From positions 931-64,930 of the forward strand of contig CAADUZ010000016.1 in the NCBI GenBank assembly GCA_900752335.1: a DNA stretch of 64,000 nt, in the 5' to 3' direction. Under the pieces are notes generated by a model that worked only from the letters and a program-made list of their open reading frames with translations, did no database searches and was not told where the DNA came from. Positions 60,180 to 64,000 of this stretch are shown here, piece by piece; the first letter of the stretch is position 1; every line of letters begins with the position of its first letter. The translations under genes and the position numbers were made by a program. The stretch is from Clostridia bacterium (GTDB lineage Bacteria > Bacillota > Clostridia > TANB77 > CAG-508).

Positions 60180-62288
60180 ATGAAACTTGCAAAAATAGAT
60201 AAAAAGCAGAAAAAAGATAATAGTTTTACAATAGCTTTGGCAGGAAACCCTAATGTGGGAAAATCAACAGTATTTAATAACCTCACAGGAATGAAACAGC
60301 ATACAGGAAACTGGCCTGGGAAAACGGTAGTAGTAGCAAAAGGAAAATATAACTATTTAGGAAAAGAATACACTTTAGTAGACACACCAGGTACATATTC
60401 AATAATGTCGAATTCAGAAGAAGAAGAAATCGCAAGAAATTATATTTGTTTTGGAAATCCAGACGTTACAGTAATTGTTTTAGATGCTACTTCTCTGGAG
60501 AAAAACTTAAATTTAGCATATCAGATAATGGAAATAACAGATAAAGTAATATTGTGCGTTAATCTACTAGACGAAGCGAAGAAAAAGGGAATAGTAATAA
60601 AATTAAAAGAATTAGAAAAAAGATTAGGAGTGCCAGTAGTAGGCGTAATAGCAAGGAAAAAGAAAACTCTTACAAAATTAATGGATACTATTAAAAAAGT
60701 ATGTGAAAAAGAAATTATGCCTAAACCAAATAAAATAAAGTATAAACAATACATTGAAGAATATGTGGAAAATGCAAGAGAAAAAATGGATAAAATGCTA
60801 GAAGAGAGCAAGCAAGATATAAACTTAAGTAGATGGATAACTTTAAAAATACTGGATGGAGATAAGCAGATATTAAAAACTATAGAGAAAAATTTGAATA
60901 TTAATTTAATAAATAATACGGAATTAATAGAAGAAGCAGAAAATGTTTTAGGGTTTTATGGTATAAAACAAGAAGAAGTAAAAAATGATATGATATCAAA
61001 TATTATATTTATGTCTGAAAATGTATATAAAGACGTGGTAAATATTGAAAAGAAAAATATTCAAAAAAGAAAGGTAGATAAAATTATTACTTCCAAAATA
61101 TTTGGAATCCCTATAATGCTAGGATTTCTAGGGATAATTTTATGGATTACAATAAAAGGGGCAAATTATCCATCAGAATGGCTATTTAAAATATTTAATA
61201 ATTTACAAGAAATATTGACAAATTTATTTGAAAGCATTAATGCACCAGAATGGGTAACAGGTATAATAATAGATGGTGTATATAGAACTCTTACATGGAT
61301 TATAGCTGTTATGCTACCACCGATGGCCATATTTTTTCCTTTATTTACACTTTTAGAAGATTTAGGATTTTTGCCACGAATTGCATTTAATTTAGATAAA
61401 TTTTTTAAAAAAGCAGGAAGTTCTGGCAAGCAAGCATTAACAATGTGCATGGGATTTGGTTGTAATAGCTGTGGTGTAACAGGAACCAGAATAATTGATT
61501 CACCAAGAGAAAAATTAATATCTATACTTACAAATGCATTTGTTCCATGTAATGGTAGATTTCCATTTTTAATAACAGTTTCAAGTATATTTATTGGAGG
61601 AATGGTTTTTAATAAATATTCATCCATACTTTCAACGCTAGCAGTTCTAGCTATAATTTTGCTCGGGATTTTTATGACAATAATAATATCAAAATTTTTA
61701 AGTAAAACAATATTAAAAGGAGAGAGTAGTTCTTTTGTACTAGAACTTCCGCCATATAGAAAACCACAAATAGGTCAAATTCTGGTTAGGTCAATTTTAG
61801 ATAGAACTATATTTGTACTAGGAAGAGCAATAGCTGTAGCAGCTCCAGCTGGACTTGTAATATGGCTTTTTGCAAATATACAAATAGGCGAAATTAGCAT
61901 ATTAACATATATTGCAAATTTTCTTAATCCATTTGCTAGACTCATGGGATTGGACGGATATATTTTAGCAGCTTTTATATTAGGAATACCTGCAAATGAA
62001 ATAGTTTTACCAATAATACTAATGGGATATATGGGAAGCGGAACATTAGTAAATTTAGAAAGTACAGCAGAAATAGGTAGAATATTAATTCAAAACGGTT
62101 GGACACTTATCACAGCAATAAATGTAATGATATTTACCCTTTTACATTTTCCGTGTACAACAACATTACTCACAATAAAAAAAGAAGCTGGCAATATTAA
62201 GTGGAGCATAGTAGCATTCTTATTACCAACGATATGTGGAATTGTTTTGCGTATGCTAACAAATTTTGTATGGAATTTAGTTATATAG
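60180..62288 (+). CDS. feoB: ferrous iron transporter FeoB
   Basis: N-terminal G domain (GNPNVGKST, DTPG) and a large polytopic membrane domain with gate motifs. Confidence 0.9.
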   Translation: MKLAKIDKKQKKDNSFTIALAGNPNVGKSTVFNNLTGMKQHTGNWPGKTVVVAKGKYNYLGKEYTLVDTPGTYSIMSNSEEEEIARNYICFGNPDVTVIVLDATSLEKNLNLAYQIMEITDKVILCVNLLDEAKKKGIVIKLKELEKRLGVPVVGVIARKKKTLTKLMDTIKKVCEKEIMPKPNKIKYKQYIEEYVENAREKMDKMLEESKQDINLSRWITLKILDGDKQILKTIEKNLNINLINNTELIEEAENVLGFYGIKQEEVKNDMISNIIFMSENVYKDVVNIEKKNIQKRKVDKIITSKIFGIPIMLGFLGIILWITIKGANYPSEWLFKIFNNLQEILTNLFESINAPEWVTGIIIDGVYRTLTWIIAVMLPPMAIFFPLFTLLEDLGFLPRIAFNLDKFFKKAGSSGKQALTMCMGFGCNSCGVTGTRIIDSPREKLISILTNAFVPCNGRFPFLITVSSIFIGGMVFNKYSSILSTLAVLAIILLGIFMTIIISKFLSKTILKGESSSFVLELPPYRKPQIGQILVRSILDRTIFVLGRAIAVAAPAGLVIWLFANIQIGEISILTYIANFLNPFARLMGLDGYILAAFILGIPANEIVLPIILMGYMGSGTLVNLESTAEIGRILIQNGWTLITAINVMIFTLLHFPCTTTLLTIKKEAGNIKWSIVAFLLPTICGIVLRMLTNFVWNLVI

Positions 62289-62306
62289 TGATATACGGAA
62301 ATAAAG

Positions 62307-62340
62307 AAGACTTTAATATTTTTTATATTAAAGTCTTTTT
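62307..62340. terminator. bidirectional terminator
   Basis: AAGACTTTAATAT-ttttt-ATATTAAAGTCTT followed by TTT. Confidence 0.7.
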
Positions 62341-62349
62341 ATAATAAAT

Positions 62350-63408
62350 TTATACTTCTATATAATTGTACTCACAAGCTCTAATTAACCTGTTCATAAT
62401 TGCAAGGCCCAAGCCTTCTTGCTTTACACCTTCAATTAAAACAATATCTGGATTAAATTTATCTACTTGTCTTAAAGTAGCAAAAATATTTTTCGCAATT
62501 TCTTCTAAATTATTTTTGCGTCCTATGTTAATGGTTAGCAGATTTTCTTTATGATATGTGGCAATATTTTCAGTAGTAGATAGTATTAATGGATTATTGT
62601 ATTCATGTGAAAGTTTAAGTATTTTATCTACTAGTAAAGAATTATTTTCGCTATACACCAACACACATTTGCTATTTGGAGCATAATGCCTATATTTCAT
62701 TCCGGGCGAAAGTACTTTTTCGTTAGAAGCAATTTTGGAAAAAATATGCTCGTCAATTTTAACAGTTCCAACTACATTCTTTATATCTTCTGGGGTAACT
62801 TTTCCAGGTCTTAAAATGGTAGGAACTTCGTTAATTACTCTTACAACTGTAGACTCTAAACCAACTTCAGAAGAACCACCGTCAATAATACAGTCAACTT
62901 TATTGGATAATTCAGAAAATATATCAGAAATATTTGTGCCACTTGGTTTCCCCGAAACATTTGCGCTAGGCGCTGCTATAGGAACACCAGAATAAGCAAT
63001 CAATCTATTTGCAATTATATTACTTGGCATGCGAATACCAACCGTATCAAGCCCTGCAGTAACTGTATCTGGAACAATAGAAGTTCTATTTAAAATAATA
63101 GTAAAAGGGCCTGGCCAAAAAGCATCAATTAATTTGTACTCTACACTAGAAATATTTGTAGCAATTTTACTTAACATGTCCATATCGGAAATGTGCAAAA
63201 TCAATGGATTATCAGAACTTCTGCCTTTAGCTAAATAAATTTTCTTTACAGCAGAAGCATCTAATCCATTTGCACCTAAACCATATACAGTTTCTGTAGG
63301 AAATAGGACCAAACCGCCAGACTTAATAACATTTCCAGCAAATTTTAAATCCTCATTATCAAAATTTTTATCATTTAGATTAACATTTTTTAAATCAATG
63401 TATTTCAT
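62350..63408 (-). CDS. tsaC: L-threonylcarbamoyladenylate synthase (YwlC/Sua5 long form)
   Basis: YrdC domain (LFPTETVYGLGANGLDA..V.KIY.AKGRSSDNPLILHI) and a Sua5 C-terminal domain. Confidence 0.85.
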   Translation of the reverse strand: MKYIDLKNVNLNDKNFDNEDLKFAGNVIKSGGLVLFPTETVYGLGANGLDASAVKKIYLAKGRSSDNPLILHISDMDMLSKIATNISSVEYKLIDAFWPGPFTIILNRTSIVPDTVTAGLDTVGIRMPSNIIANRLIAYSGVPIAAPSANVSGKPSGTNISDIFSELSNKVDCIIDGGSSEVGLESTVVRVINEVPTILRPGKVTPEDIKNVVGTVKIDEHIFSKIASNEKVLSPGMKYRHYAPNSKCVLVYSENNSLLVDKILKLSHEYNNPLILSTTENIATYHKENLLTINIGRKNNLEEIAKNIFATLRQVDKFNPDIVLIEGVKQEGLGLAIMNRLIRACEYNYIEV

Positions 63409-63461
63409 TTTTTTGCCTTCTTTGCATATAAATTAACATTAATATTATACAACAAAAAAGG

Positions 63462-63695
63462 CTATTTAGCAAATACAATAATCTTATCCGCATCTTCTTT
63501 TCTAATGGCTAAAATTATATTTCTAACCTCATAAGCAACTGGATCGCCAGCTATACTTTCTAATATGGGCGTGATATCTGTATTAGGAATTAAACCTAAA
63601 TCCAATAGACGCCTTTTTACACTAGCCTTGCAATTAATCTCTTTTATAATTCCAGTTTGATTAAGCCTTAATTTAGTAAGTGGCATAGAACTCAT
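63462..63695 (-). CDS. feoA: FeoA-family protein
   Basis: 77 aa. The sequence PLTKLRLNQTGIIKEI......KRRLLDLGLIPNT.I is an SH3-like FeoA pattern. Confidence 0.8.
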   Translation of the reverse strand: MSSMPLTKLRLNQTGIIKEINCKASVKRRLLDLGLIPNTDITPILESIAGDPVAYEVRNIILAIRKEDADKIIVFAK

Positions 63696-63825
63696 ACTAT
63701 CAACTCCTATTCTTATATAATATGAGATAAGATTATGTAAAGTGAAAAAATCAACTTGACAAAAGTAAAAAGTATAATATAATGTGCTTGAATTAATAAA
63801 ATAATTAGGAGGGAATGATAGTTAA

Positions 63826-64000
63826 ATGGAAAGAGGATTTGAAGTAGCAAAAGGATGGGAAGATAAAGAAATAAATTTACCTATAAGGAAAACAAAGTAT
63901 TCTGCAGGATATGACGTAGAAGCGGCAGAAGATACAATAGTTCCAAGTTTTAAAAAAGGAATGGCACCAACTCTTGTGAAAACAGGAATAAAAGCATATA
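63826..64000 (+). CDS. dut: dUTP diphosphatase, N-terminal part (runs out of the window)
   Basis: My own translation from ATG at 63826 gives MERGFEVAKGWEDKEINLPIRKTKYSAGYDVEAAEDTIVPSFKKGMAPTLVKTGIKAY, which contains the dUTPase motif SAGYD. AGGAGGG lies upstream. Confidence 0.7.
   Translation, partial: MERGFEVAKGWEDKEINLPIRKTKYSAGYDVEAAEDTIVPSFKKGMAPTLVKTGIKAY

Overview
This is a 64-kb chromosomal window from a very AT-rich, low-GC Firmicute. It looks like a spore-forming member of the Clostridia: bofA, dpaA, an hrcA/CIRCE heat-shock operon, a T-box leader and a glmS ribozyme are all present. All calls come from reading motifs by eye, with no database search.

Most of the window is housekeeping:
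- Translation and ribosome-associated genes: gltX, serS, trpS, rpsF-ssb-rpsR, obg, engB.
- RNA and stress response: rnj, lexA, hrcA-grpE-dnaK-dnaJ.
- Metabolism and cell envelope: glmS, pflBA, ppa, uppP, mreB.
- Two tRNA genes.

The points worth a second look are:
1. A roughly 9-kb type IV pilus locus (pilMN fusion, pilO-like, unknown gene, pilin, pilD, two minor pilins, pilB, pilT, pilC). All three prepilin-like proteins lack the canonical Glu+5, and the only candidate major pilin is 71 aa long.
2. An in-frame dapF-murE fusion.
3. A 60-bp REPIN-like palindromic doublet present three times. Two copies bracket a Cys/Met PLP-lyase gene, and one sits between pflB and pflA.
4. A 200-bp nested palindrome with 35-bp terminal arms (MITE-like) upstream of pflB.
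5. Three frame-disrupted genes: hemolysin III, znuB and a YjbR-family remnant.
6. A cell-wall-binding-repeat gene that is clearly richer in GC than its surroundings.
7. A consensus promoter and terminator bracketing about 260 nt of non-coding sequence upstream of rnj.
8. Several candidate operators.

I saw no CRISPR array, rRNA gene, transposase or obvious prophage.
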